Shown: positions 26,571 through 38,976, numbered from the whole stretch's first letter. The stretch: DNA of 63,866 nucleotides, filler included, from Octopus bimaculoides (GCF_001194135.2; 4 parts of 4 records of this genome joined end to end with filler, not necessarily neighbours in it), one strand, 5' to 3'. The notes: generated from the letters alone by a model not told the origin. A program made the numbers and translations.

Positions 26571-27667
26571 AGGCTGTTGCTGGTGTCATGGAAATGGCAC
26601 CTGTGAAACCATAGTCATGGGTGTTACTGGTAGCGTGATCTTTGAATGTTGGGCCTCACAGAGGTGAGAAATAAGGGGGTGAAGCAATGATCTTCAAATG
26701 TTTAAATGATGATGATGATGATGATGATGATGATATATATATATATATATTTAATTTTAATTTTTTATAAATTGATTTTAATTGAGTTTTTACCTGTAAT
26801 TTTGGATTTTGTCCCTAATATTATTATTATATATATATATATATATATATANNNNNNNNNNNNNNNNNNNNNNNNNNNNNNNNNNNNNNNNNNNNNNNNN
26901 NNNNNNNNNNNNNNNNNNNNNNNNNNNNNNNNNNNNNNNNNNNNNNNNNNNNNNNNNNNNNNNNNNNNNNNNNNNNNNNNNNNNNNNNNNNNNNNNNNNN
27001 NNNNNNNNNNNNNNNNNNNNNNNNNNNNNNNNNNNNNNNNNNNNNNNNNNNNNNNNNNNNNNNNNNNNNNNNNNNNNNNNNNNNNNNNNNNNNNNNNNNN
27101 NNNNNNNNNNNNNNNNNNNNNNNNNNNNNNNNNNNNNNNNNNNNNNNNNNNNNNNNNNNNNNNNNNNNNNNNNNNNNNNNNNNNNNNNNNNNNNNNNNNN
27201 NNNNNNNNNNNNNNNNNNNNNNNNNNNNNNNNNNNNNNNNNNNNNNNNNNNNNNNNNNNNNNNNNNNNNNNNNNNNNNNNNNNNNNNNNNNNNNNNNNNN
27301 NNNNNNNNNNNNNNNNNNNNNNNNNNNNNNNNNNNNNNNNNNNNNNNNNNNNNNNNNNNNNNNNNNNNNNNNNNNNNNNNNNNNNNNNNNNNNNNNNNNN
27401 NNNNNNNNNNNNNNNNNNNNNNNNNNNNNNNNNNNNNNNNNNNNNNNNNNNNNNNNNNNNNNNNNNNNNNNNNNNNNNNNNNNNNNNNNNNNNNNNNNNN
27501 NNNNNNNNNNNNNNNNNNNNNNNNNNNNNNNNNNNNNNNNNNNNNNNNNNNNNNNNNNNNNNNNNNNNNNNNNNNNNNNNNNNNNNNNNNNNNNNNNNNN
27601 NNNNNNNNNNNNNNNNNNNNNNNNNNNNNNNNNNNNNNNNNNNNNNNNNNNNNNNNNNNNNNNNNNN

Positions 27668-27718
<51 letters not shown>

Positions 27719-28007
27719 TCACACATACATGTAAATGTATATGTTTGTATGTATACATACATATGTATGAATGTATGTACATATATATTTATATACATAC
27801 ATGTATATCTTATCAAATCTGTTGAGAAAATACAGATTGTAATGCTTGATATTCTATATTGCACTTCAATCAATAAAACATTTCCTATAAATATACAACT
27901 ACTGTGTGTAGGTGTGTGTAATGTATCATACATATGTATAATATAATCACACTCATACACATGCACACCCTTATGTATGTGTATGTGTGTGTGTGCTTGC
28001 ATAGATA

Positions 28008-28053
<46 letters not shown>

Positions 28054-28716
28054 TCATATGTTCACACACACACACACACACGTATATTTTATTGTCTGGG
28101 GAAAGTCATTCTGTTTTAATGCCTTACTAATTAACACACTGACTGGTTCGATTTCCACTCATTTACTTATTTATGTTTTCTAAAATTTTCATTGCTTCTT
28201 GCAACCTCTTCGTTGGTCATTGACTTTATCCATTATAGAAGCTGTGTTCTTTTTGTTTGTTTGTATGTGTGCATGTGTATCCACATATGTATGTCTCTTC
28301 TACTGAGGAGGGAACCAGTTTTTAACAAAGATGCAAGGCTCCATCTTTGGGATGAAGTTAACACAGATAAATTCACATTTGGAACTTGAGGAAAGTCTTG
28401 CGTATTTTTACTATACAAATATACATACATACATACATACATATTCATATGTATGCATACATACATATGCACACATATACGTGTGTAACAGGTTGAATGT
28501 AGATTCATCTTTTAATTGGAATGGTTTCCAAAAAAGATTTCTAACATTGATTTTTCATACTTCCCCAAGAGTTTACTGCTGTAAATTGGTAAAGATATGA
28601 AAAGTAGTATTAGAATATTAAGTGTATGATTAATTTGTGGAATGAAGTTCTACAAATCCATTCATATTTGTCAAAAATGGAGATAAGATGTTAAAAAGTT
28701 GTATGAAGTTTATTCA

Positions 28717-28790
28717 TGCATACAATCGTTTCGTACATAGATATAAATTCATATTTGAATTTGAAAATTATCATAGTACTCATCAGTGCG
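28717..28790 (-). ncRNA. Type I hammerhead ribozyme, intact core (inverted copy of the 28877-28950 HHR)
   Basis: Minus strand reads cGCA-CTGATGA-GTAC...GTAC-GAAA-C-GATT-G-TA/TGCA; same stem II; predicted cut 28721/28720; stem I 3 bp. Confidence 0.8.
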
Positions 28791-28876
28791 GAGAGAAAAT
28801 AATAATAGGAACTTAAACATGAAACTCATAGAGCCAACTTCTCTTTTTTTTAAGGTTCCTATTATTATTTTCTCTC

Positions 28877-28950
28877 TGCACTGATGAGTACTATGATAAT
28901 TTTCAAATTCAAATATGAATTTATATCTATGTACGAAACAATTGTATGTA
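28877..28950 (+). ncRNA. Type I hammerhead ribozyme, intact core, long stem II
   Basis: Stem I TGCA(28877-80)/TGTA(28947-50); core CTGATGA 28881-87; stem II closed by GTAC(28888-91)/GTAC(28931-34) with distal hairpin AAATTCA/TGAATTT; GAAA 28935-38; stem III A-U and C-G around loop AATT; GUA triplet, predicted cut 28946/28947; AATAAA just downstream. Confidence 0.85.
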
Positions 28951-29918
28951 TGAATAAACTTTTTGTAATTTTTTTAATATCTTATCTCCTCCATTTTTAT
29001 CTGTGTGCGATAGTGATGGGAGTCATGTCAAATATTAAACCACAACTAACAGATGAACGGTTAGAAGATGATATAGAGATAGAGATATCGATAACACTCT
29101 CTCTATAGATTAGTATAGATTTTCTAATTAAATCTCCATATATGCAGCATAGGGTGAGTAAGTCAGAGAAATGTCCAATGAGAAAACATTACCTAATGTA
29201 AGTTAAATCTAACCGTTAAAAACAATACTTGGTATTTTTTGTCAGTGATCATAAACAGATGAAGATAGTTTAGTGTAAGGAAATTATGTTTGTAAAGCTT
29301 ATACTAGAAAGTTAATAAAGTCATTTATGAAAATATAGTGGGGAGGGGAAGGAATTAAAAAGAGTAAAGTGGAAGTGGATTAAGGACTCTTGTTTACTCA
29401 AGATCCGTATTAAGGTAAAATGGAAATATAATAGAGGAGAAAATGAGGAAAAGTGGTAATTCAAATGGAAATATGATGATTAAGGTAGTTATATACCTAC
29501 GAAGTCATTGTTAAGAATAGAGATAAGAGAACCTATTAGGAGATGTAGTAAGAAGAGAAATATAGAAGCGATAAGGTAATAAATTAGAGAGGGCGAAAAG
29601 GAAACGAAATTATAATTTGTATAGGGGAGATAAATAAGAAGAAGAAATAATAAAAATGATCAAATATGGGATGTAATGAGAGAAGAAGTGAATGTTAAAA
29701 ATAGAGAGATTAATGATAAAGGTATTGAATGTGTAGGATAACGCTATACAAAAAGAATATTTTGTATATATAAAAAAGTCATGTCAAGAGTATTATTCTT
29801 GCTGAGTACTGTGAGATAAGGATAGAATATGGCTGTATATATGATCGTAATGAATAAAAATACACATTATATAGGTTCAATGCATGTAACTATATTAGAA
29901 TATATATATATATATATA

Positions 29919-30725
29919 CAGGGTGCGTAAGATATTTGAGGATAGATTTATGTTTATAAAAAACAGATATATAATAACAGATAATAATTCTATTTATCAA
30001 AAAATGCTATGAGAATAAAAATCAACCTTTTCTATAATGTTATTCAATAAAGCCACCTTCAGCTTCAACAACTGCTTCTATATGAGATCTAAATCATCTC
30101 CATGCTCGAATCAAGTGGTCCTGGTTCATTTTGGACATTACTCTGACTATGGCAGCTTTCAAAGAATCTTTAATGTTGTTGGAATGTTCATTGACCTTTC
30201 TCTCAACAACGCTCCACATTTAAATAGTCCAATGGATTGAGATCTGAGGAATTAGGAGGCCAAATGTTAGGGGTTATGTGATCATGAACATTTTCAGTCA
30301 TCCATTGCTGTGTTAAGTGCAGAGTTTTACTGAAACACATATGGCCTTCCATTGCATACACTGTCTACCCAGGGCTTAACAATTATTTCCAGGACCTTAA
30401 TGTAGGTGGAAGAGTTAACTCTAAGGCCTTGTGGAAAGAAGTAAAGAGGCATCACATGTCCTTCATTGCTGACAACCCCTAAAACCATGACAGTTGCAGG
30501 AAATTTTGTATGCATAACACTTAGAACGTCAGAAGGGTCTGCACATAACCATCGATCATTTCTTCTGTTAACTTTTTGGTTTTAGTCAGAGTTTTTCTCA
30601 TTTGAGAAAAACCAAATCAAATCTTTCTCTGTTGGATTTTTCAGTTTGTTTAAGAGACTTTTAGATCTGATGTAATAATTTTCCTTTGCTTTTTCTGACA
30701 AATTGACCTTTCCTCATCAGAATGT
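29919..30725 (-). mobile_element. maT/DD37D-type Tc1-mariner remnant (3' two-thirds with one TIR)
   Basis: Minus strand: MRKGQF.SEK..., WFFSNEKNSD.NQKVNRRNDRWLC, MHTKFPATVMVLGVVSNEGHVMP, WPPNSSDLNPLDY, EAVVEAEGGFIE*. TIR CAGGGTGCGTAAG at 29919 after (TA)n. Confidence 0.9.
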
Positions 30726-30829
30726 TAAGACAAATGAAATGCTGCTAAGCATTTTGCTTGGCTTGCTAATGATACTGCCAGGTTGCTGCCTTGGATATAT
30801 GTTTGAAAATAGTACATATGTGTAATAGA

Positions 30830-31317
30830 TATAAAAGACCCTTTCAGCAATAAATAATCATGGGACTGCATCTAGAAAGTTCCTCTCTGAGGCACAAGTC
30901 TGGGTAAAGTTTATGGAAGACCAGTAGATGCCCATGCATACCAGCCTCCCATCTCCATGCCATTACATGTACTTAGGGTAAAGGGTAAAGACCCTCTTTT
31001 CAGTCATGAATGACCATGGGATTGAACCTAAAAAGTTCCCCTCTGAGGCACAAGTCCAGGCAAAGTTGTTTATAGAAGACCAGTAGTTGCCCACGCATAC
31101 CAGCATCTCCACACCACAGATGTTACCCAAGAGAAAGGCAAAGGCTGATACAGCTTGGCACCAGTGACATCGTGACTCAATTCTACAGCTGAGTGAACTG
31201 GAGCAATGTGAAATAAAGTGTCTTGCTCAAGAACACACCACACAGCCCGGTCCGGGAATCAAACTTACTTCCTCATGATTGTGAGTCCAATGCTCTAATC
31301 ACCGAGCCATGCACCTT
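30830..31317 (-). mobile_element. CORE-type SINE family C with tandemly duplicated 3' tail (period 156 bp)
   Basis: Head GGTGCATGGCTCGGTGATTAG..GTTTGATTCCCGG; CORE TTCTTGAGCAAGACACTTTATTTCAC; GAGGCACAAGTC at 30889 and 31045. Confidence 0.8.
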
Positions 31318-31999
31318 TGTATGTGTAGACAACTCAATATTGATACAATTGCAAGTATGTGTAATGTTTTGCATACTAGCATGTATGTGTAATTGCGTGT
31401 GGTATTGGAATACTAGCATGTATGTGTGAGCGAACGTGATACCAACATAGCAATATGTATGCGTAAGCAAACGTGATGTTGACGTAATAAAATCTATGCA
31501 GGGATTGATTCATGCGAGTAAGGTTGTATGTTGTGAAGAAAAAAAACCTGTTGGTGGTTGAGGGGGCATAGTGTAAACCAGGCATCATACATGTGTGAAG
31601 TAAATGGATGGAAGAGGGGTTGGGGTAAATATATGCATGTGTAGCTATTCATCACTGTGTATCGAAAAAGAGGGAGTAGAAAAAAAGCTGAAGTTAATCA
31701 ATGATTTGCACCTGAAGGGGTGGCTTTCCTCAAGCACAAAATTAACTGTTGTTCACTAAGGAGTCAGGTAACAGGAGATCAATAACTCCACGATTTCCTT
31801 TAAAATGTAAACTTTGTACTGATATCTTTTTTTTTTTGCTTGTTCCTTCTAATATATTGCCCTCTGGTTTTCCACATCGACACAGAACAGAACCCCGGAT
31901 AATGAATTTTTAATGTCAGTATTAGTGCTGTAGTGTCAAATGTATGATGCACTATAGTGTTGCAGAGTAGGATTGAGCATCGTGTGGTGCATTGTAATT

Positions 32000-32148
32000 G
32001 GCGCAGGTGTCGCTGTGTGGTAAGATGCTTGCTTCCTAGCCACATGGTTTAGGGTTCAGTCCCACTGTGTGGCAACTTGGGGAAGTGTCTTGTACTGGAG
32101 CCTAAGGTTAGTCAACACCTTATGAATGGATCTGGTAGATGGAAACTG
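32000..32148 (+). mobile_element. SINE family A 5' half
   Basis: GGCGCAGGTGTCGCTGTGTGGTAAG...GGTTCAGTCCCACTG...GGAAACTG. Confidence 0.8.
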
Positions 32149-32154
32149 TCCAAC

Positions 32155-32300
32155 ATTCACCATGATAGATCGCTAGCCACTACACATTCTTTATTTTCTC
32201 TCCTTGTTTCTTTCTGTGTTCCCTTCTGTGGAAGGGCGTAGGCTCGAAACGTTAAAGACTTTTCCACTTCCCGAGCGTTAAACTAATACATCTGTTTGTT
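32155..32300 (+). mobile_element. Second copy of the ~200-nt HHR-bearing element, 3' part interrupted
   Basis: Shares the 5' start ATTC(A/G)CCATGATAGATCGCT and CCCGAGCGTTAAACTAATACATC with the 57.8-kb copy. HHR variant CTGTGGA-A-GGGC-GTAG-GCTC-GAAA-CGTT at 32222-32257. Confidence 0.7.
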
Positions 32301-32308
32301 TTCTAAAT

Positions 32309-32481
32309 CAGGGGTTTTCAAATTTTTTGACTTGCGGACCCCTTTATATTTCAGGCTTTACCTTAGGGACCCCCTTATAAATGCTTATGAAATTTATACA
32401 TAAATATTTGCTTAAAATGACATATATTTTTACATTTATTTATTTAACAGTATTTAACAAATAGGTTTATTGTCAATTAAA
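32309..32481 (+). mobile_element. hAT-type MITE left end, runs into gap
   Basis: CAGGGGTTTTCAAATTTTTTGACTTGCGGACCCC resembles Charlie-type TIRs; preceded by 8-mer TTCTAAAT; other end not visible. Confidence 0.45.
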
Positions 32482-33101
32482 NNNNNNNNNNNNNNNNNNN
32501 NNNNNNNNNNNNNNNNNNNNNNNNNNNNNNNNNNNNNNNNNNNNNNNNNNNNNNNNNNNNNNNNNNNNNNNNNNNNNNNNNNNNNNNNNNNNNNNNNNNN
32601 NNNNNNNNNNNNNNNNNNNNNNNNNNNNNNNNNNNNNNNNNNNNNNNNNNNNNNNNNNNNNNNNNNNNNNNNNNNNNNNNNNNNNNNNNNNNNNNNNNNN
32701 NNNNNNNNNNNNNNNNNNNNNNNNNNNNNNNNNNNNNNNNNNNNNNNNNNNNNNNNNNNNNNNNNNNNNNNNNNNNNNNNNNNNNNNNNNNNNNNNNNNN
32801 NNNNNNNNNNNNNNNNNNNNNNNNNNNNNNNNNNNNNNNNNNNNNNNNNNNNNNNNNNNNNNNNNNNNNNNNNNNNNNNNNNNNNNNNNNNNNNNNNNNN
32901 NNNNNNNNNNNNNNNNNNNNNNNNNNNNNNNNNNNNNNNNNNNNNNNNNNNNNNNNNNNNNNNNNNNNNNNNNNNNNNNNNNNNNNNNNNNNNNNNNNNN
33001 NNNNNNNNNNNNNNNNNNNNNNNNNNNNNNNNNNNNNNNNNNNNNNNNNNNNNNNNNNNNNNNNNNNNNNNNNNNNNNNNNNNNNNNNNATATATATATA
33101 T

Positions 33102-33134
<33 letters not shown>

Positions 33135-33195
33135 CATATTATATACATATATATATATTTATATACACACATATATATATATACTTATATATTAT

Positions 33196-33226
<31 letters not shown>

Positions 33227-33244
33227 AATACACACACACATATA

Positions 33245-33407
33245 TGATGGGCTTCCACACAGTTTCCATCAACCAACTTCACTCACAAGGCATCGGTTGG
33301 CCTAGCACAATAGTAGATGTTTTCCCAAGGGGTTGCACAGTGGGACTGAACTTGAAAACATGTGGTTTGCAAGGCGAGCTCCTTAACCAGATGGTTATGC
33401 CCGTGCC
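33245..33407 (-). mobile_element. SINE family A 5' half
   Basis: Reverse complement of head and CORE (CCCAAGG...CAGTGGGACTGAAC). Confidence 0.7.
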
Positions 33408-33419
33408 TGAATGGATCTT

Positions 33420-33650
33420 CTATGTGGTCATTCACCCTACTAGAAATAACAGCTAAATTTCCCTTATATTACACCTTATTGTCTTGAGAACAACAAGGAC
33501 ATATTGTATAATAGATAATAATGCATGTGGGCTGAGAAACACTTCTTAAACAAAATAAGAAAAAAATAGGCAGGATGGTCATTGGTGGAATTCTTCTCAT
33601 CATATTTCTACTAAATCAGGATTGACCTGGGGCTAAAATGCAAAGCAATT
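33420..33650 (+). repeat. Unclassified interspersed repeat family G
   Basis: CTAGAAATAACAGCTAAAT...GGATGGTCAT...AATCAG..GACCTGGGGCTAAA; related sequence at 36440-36617, 37309-37471, and on minus at ~13645-13875 and 20480-20640. Confidence 0.55.
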
Positions 33651-36141
33651 GTTTAACAATGCGTGTAGAAGGGTAATATTTATTGTGATGGTTGTGGTGG
33701 TGGTGGTGGTGGTTTTGAGAATGGTGGTGGTGGAGGTAGTGTTTAGTGGTATTGATGTTGGTGTTGATGCTGTTGTTAATGTCAATGGTGGTGGTGGTTG
33801 TGGTTGTTCATGTCAATGGTGATTGTGGTGGTGGTTGTGGTGATTGTGATAGTGGTGGTGGTAGTGATGGTGGTGGTGGTGGTAGTGATGGCGGTNNNNN
33901 NNNNNNNNNNNNNNNNNNNNNNNNNNNNNNNNNNNNNNNNNNNNNNNNNNNNNNNNNNNNNNNNNNNNNNNNNNNNNNNNNNNNNNNNNNNNNNNNNNNN
34001 NNNNNNNNNNNNNNNNNNNNNNNNNNNNNNNNNNNNNNNNNNNNNNNNNNNNNNNNNNNNNNNNNNNNNNNNNNNNNNNNNNNNNNNNNNNNNNNNNNNN
34101 NNNNNNNNNNNNNNNNNNNNNNNNNNNNNNNNNNNNNNNNNNNNNNNNNNNNNNNNNNNNNNNNNNNNNNNNNNNNNNNNNNNNNNNNNNNNNNNNNNNN
34201 NNNNNNNNNNNNNNNNNNNNNNNNNNNNNNNNNNNNNNNNNNNNNNNNNNNNNNNTCCTAATGCTATTATTCTCATTGTTGCAATTGTAGTTGTTGTTGT
34301 AGTGTCCATTGTTATAGTTGTGCTTGTTGCTGGTTTTGTTGTAGCTGTTATAATCACTGCTGTTATTGTGGCCACTATTGTTGTTGTTGTTGTTGTTGTT
34401 ATGATTGCCATATTTGTCATTATTGTTGTCGTTGTTGTTGTTGTTGTAATTGTTATTATTGTTGTTGTTACATTAGCTTCTGTAATTCTTGTTATTACGG
34501 CCATTACTATTATATTGTATTTGCTATTATTATTATCATTATTATTATTATTATTATTATTATTGGTGTTGTTGTTGTAGCTTTAACATTTTCCATGATT
34601 CCACAATAGACTTATCCATGTGCTAAATGTCACTGGATGCAGCTTCGTTCTTCTCCTCCTCCTCCTCCTTTTTCTTCTTCTCTCCTCCAGTAACCGTGGT
34701 TACTTCTCTAGCAATGGTGCATCGCTCTGGTAACCATGGCTACCGCAAGAGGAGGAGAATAACGGTGCATCGCTTGCGTAACCATGGATACTACTGTCGA
34801 AGTGAAGTTGCAGGGAGGTGGCGGTGGTGGTGGCAGGACTGGATGGGTGGGAAAGAAGGAGGGAAGTGAAAAAGAAGAAGGGAAAAAATCCTTTTTTTTT
34901 TTCCAAAAGGGATTAATTGAGGGATGTAGATGGCATTTCCTTAGAATTGCTGCTGCTGCATTTGCTGCTAGTGTTGCTGCTACTACTACTACTACTACTA
35001 CTACTACTGCTAGTACCATTACCACCACCACTGCTGCTACTGATGATGACAATGATACTACTACTACTACTACTACCACCACCACCACCACCGCTACTGA
35101 TGATATTTATACCACTACTACTACTACTACTAGTACTACTACTACTGCAACCACTACCATCTATCTCATGTCACATCCCTACTACTTGTACCACCACCAC
35201 CACCACCACCACCATAACCATCACTACACATAGCACTTGTTGCCTCTACACTCCATGTACTGATACATCTACAACTAAACTACTGCTGCTACTACTACTA
35301 TTACTACTACTATGCTTTCTTCTACTACTGCTTCTCAGCCCCATCATCACCACTATCATGCAGCCAACACTATTAGTACCACTACATCTTGCATAGTGTC
35401 ACTATAACATATGCAACACCTACTACCACCACCACCACCACCTGTCCTTTGCTGTTACTCTTAATAAATGCTGTAGAAACCCCTTTTCATACCAAGACTA
35501 GGAGTACAGCAAAGAGTACAGAAGTTGTTGAAAAGAAGTAAGGTTACAGGATTTCTAATTGACTACATTCTAAAGTACACCAGCATCAACAACAAACACC
35601 ACCACCACCACCACCACCACCACAACAACAACCACTGTTACCACCACTATCACAAACACTTCTGCTACCACGACGACCACCACCACCATGACCAACACCA
35701 ACACTTCTGCTAACACCGCCACCATCATCAGCACCACCACTATCATATTCATGATGACGACAACGATGACCACCACCACCGTCACCACAACACTGCTGCA
35801 GCAGCACCAATATACACAATACAAACAATACAAACAACAACACTATGATTTCAAAATACAATTAAGATGTGTAGACATGGCAACAGCATACTATGACACT
35901 ACTACAACTGCAATCCAAACTGTAACGACATTTACATCAACAACGCTGTATGACACTGCCACAACAACATTAACACCTACACACATGAATAATGCTAACA
36001 CGCTACAAGACTACTACAACACCAACACAACACAACACTACTGCTTCGCTGACATACAGTGACCACTACTACAAGACAGGTCAATGACCGCTGCAATGCC
36101 ACTACAACACAAACACATGCACACCTACTTCTACAACTATA

Positions 36142-37168
36142 CAAGGTGGTAACAAAAAGTTTGCAGACTAGTTACGTTTAATAAAACAATAACTTATTTA
36201 CCCAAGTTTTACCACCATCTCTTTTGAAATAGTCACCGTGTGCAGCAATACACCGGTCCCAACATTCCTGCCACTTTTGGAATTCGTCCTGGAAGTCATT
36301 TTCTGTAAGCGAGTTGAGGACCTTCTGTGATTCGCTTGGATCTCAACAACGGTGTTAAAATGGTGACCTTTGAGCTGCATTTCCATCTTGGGAATGAGAC
36401 AGAGGCCTTCAGGTGCTAAATCTGGTTAATAGGGTGGGTGCTAAGAATACCAGTTAAATTCATATTCCATCACTCACATTTTCCATCACTCACATTCATC
36501 TTCCATCATTCTAAATATAAAGGCATTCTGAAATTATGAAATTCTGAGAACATCATAACTGAGAACAGATGGGATGGTCATGACTGGAATATATTTGATT
36601 GGATGTCTCTGAATCAGTTAAGAGAGTTTGGTGACAGAGGGTATTGTTGTTGAGAAGAATCCAATTCATCGTGCTCCACAGATGTGGTCACTTTTGCAGA
36701 TTGTCCTCACCTCAAATGCTTCAAAACATCATAACAGAATTCTCAATTGATGGTCTGGCCCTGGGGGATAAATTCTCAATGCACAATACCATGGATGGCA
36801 CAAAAAAACGATGAGCATGCTCTTGAATGAGTTGCGGCTTTTTTGTGCCATCTTTGATTGTGGGGATGAAGGGCTCTTTGATTTTGACAACTATACTCAA
36901 TGTCTCTGTGGTAGACTACTCAAGTTTAATGCAAAATTTCACATTGGCTCTTAGTTCCAACTTCCTGTCCATGACAAAAATTACAGATTACAGCATATAC
37001 ATGATCATAAAAATCATAAATTTCGCAACTTGCAAAATAAACACAGCAATGTCACTCGGCACACTGCGTCATGAAGGTCACTGCTAGCTCTCACTGCACA
37101 CACAACCATGTCCTACCATCTGTTGGTGTGCTACAGAACCAATCTGGAAACTTTTTGATTCCACTTTG
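36142..37168 (-). mobile_element. Internally deleted mariner (DD34D-type) transposon, both TIRs and TA TSDs
   Basis: TIRs CAAGGTGGTAACAAAAAGTTTGCAGACT and its complement ending ...TTTTTGATTCCACTTTG; TA on both sides. Decayed ORF with MDRKLELRANVKFC, SMLIVF..IHGIVH.EFIPQGQT, HPPY.PDLAP, PKMEMQLKGHHF. Confidence 0.9.
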
Positions 37169-37528
37169 TATTAGGAAACATATCATCAACACATCACAAG
37201 ACTACAACACACACACATCAATACACACAGACATCAATACAACTACATGTACATCCATTAATATCAAAGCACATGATACAAAGAAGCATCTATATAGTTG
37301 CTTGATATGCTAAGAATACCAGCTAAATTCATATTCCATCATCCTAAATATAAAGACACTCTGATATTATGAAATTCTGAGTACATCATAATTGAAAACA
37401 GATGGGATGGTCATGACCGGAATATATTTGATTGGATGTCGCTGAATCAGAAATGACCTGGTTTAAACAACTATTACAATTACATGGATGTTAAACGATG
37501 ATGATGATGATGATGATGATGATATATA

Positions 37529-37693
37529 CAGGTGCAAGTGTGGCTGTGTGCTAAGAAATCTGCTTCTCAACAACATGGTCCAGGGTTTCAATCCTACATT
37601 GTGGCACCTTGGGCAAGTGTCTTCTGCTATAGCCTTAGTCTGATCAAAGCCTTATGAATGGATTTGGTAGACAGAGACTGAATGAAGACCATC

Positions 37694-37767
<74 letters not shown>

Positions 37768-37985
37768 ATATGTGTATTTGCGTGTGTGTATGTGTGAATG
37801 CGTGCGTTTGTCCCTCACTGCACTGCTTGACTAATGGTGTTGGTGTGTCTATGTTCCGGTAACTTGGCAGTTCAGCAAAAGAGATTGATAAAATAAATAT
37901 CAAGCTTAGAAACACAAAAAGTACCGGGGATCGATTTATTCAACTACAAGTCTTCAAGGCCACAGTCTAATGACTAAAACGAAAA
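37529..37985 (+). mobile_element. SINE family A, full length
   Basis: Same head, CCTTGGGCAAGTGTCTTC, internal (TG)n and tail as 49742-50140. Confidence 0.85.
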
Positions 37986-38427
37986 TAAAATAAAAAAAAC
38001 AAAAAAAAACAAGGTAACATATAATACCAAAATGATTGTTTATTAACAAAATGAGAACGAAAATTAGTTTAAAATATATTAAAAACGCCTCCAGCCATTT
38101 CATTTACAAATAGATGATTTCTAACCGTCTGTTATTCTCCCCTCACATCATCCTGTCATATCTTAAGATGCTCTCATATTTTGTTACTATGGCCTCTCTT
38201 ATTTCCAGCTACTTTCACCCACTTCTGTGTAATGTAGGGTAGCCGTATATCCCCTTTATAGCAACACACCTGAGATTGCCCTTCTATTACATTTTATAAC
38301 CTTTTGACACCTGGCATAAAACCAACTCCTCCCTCTGAATATCTGCAACCCACTGCAATTTAGTTGAAGGGGACTTTTTTCTTTTTTTCCTTTTCTTTCT
38401 CTGTCTTGCAAGTTTCCAGGCGACCTC

Positions 38428-38610
38428 ACTAGTGCTGGTGCCACATAAAAAGCACCCAGTAGGCACTGTAAAGTGGTTGGTGTTAGGAAGGGCATCCAAC
38501 CATACAAAGCATGCCACAGCTGACATTGGAGCTTGATGCAGCCCTACAGCTTGCTGGATCCTGTCAAACCATATGGACATTAATGATGGTGATGATGATG
38601 ATGATGAAAA
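38428..38610 (+). mobile_element. Stand-alone (GAT)n-ending SINE tail
   Basis: AAAAAGCACCCAG...GTTAGGAAGGGCATCCA...CCTGTCAAACC...(GAT)n, as at 47690-47870. Confidence 0.7.
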
Positions 38611-38683
38611 GTAATATTTCGGGCTTGGAGAATAATGTATCTTCTCATACAATCTATTAAATCTCCAGCAACAAAAACATATT

Positions 38684-38844
38684 TGCAAGTGTGGCTGTGT
38701 GGTAAAAAAACTTGCTTCCCAACCACATGGTTTTGGATTCAGTCCCACTGCATGGCACTTTGGGCAGGTGTCTTCTACTGTAGCCTCAGGCTGAACAAAG
38801 CGCTACGAATGGATCTGGTAGACGGAAACTGAAAGAAGCTTGTC

Positions 38845-38887
<43 letters not shown>

Positions 38888-38899
38888 NNNNNNNNNNAC

Positions 38900-38976
<77 letters not shown>

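Larger units (their letters stand above)
28673..28998. repeat. Long inverted repeat (PLE pLTR-like terminus duplicated in inverted orientation)
   Basis: Inner arms 28706-28817 and 28849-28961 differ by 3 substitutions and 1 indel, ~31-nt spacer. Weaker homology extends out to 28673 and 28998. Confidence 0.9.

Noticed and set aside
26706-28053. Long ORFs (300-500 aa) in the track, also at 32-33, 43-44 and 51-52 kb
   Set aside because: Length comes from N gaps translated as X; only 43461-43768 has real (LINE) coding content.
30690-30725. CTGATGAGG on minus strand as a hammerhead
   Set aside because: It is transposase coding sequence (LMRKGQF) with no stem II/GAAA geometry.
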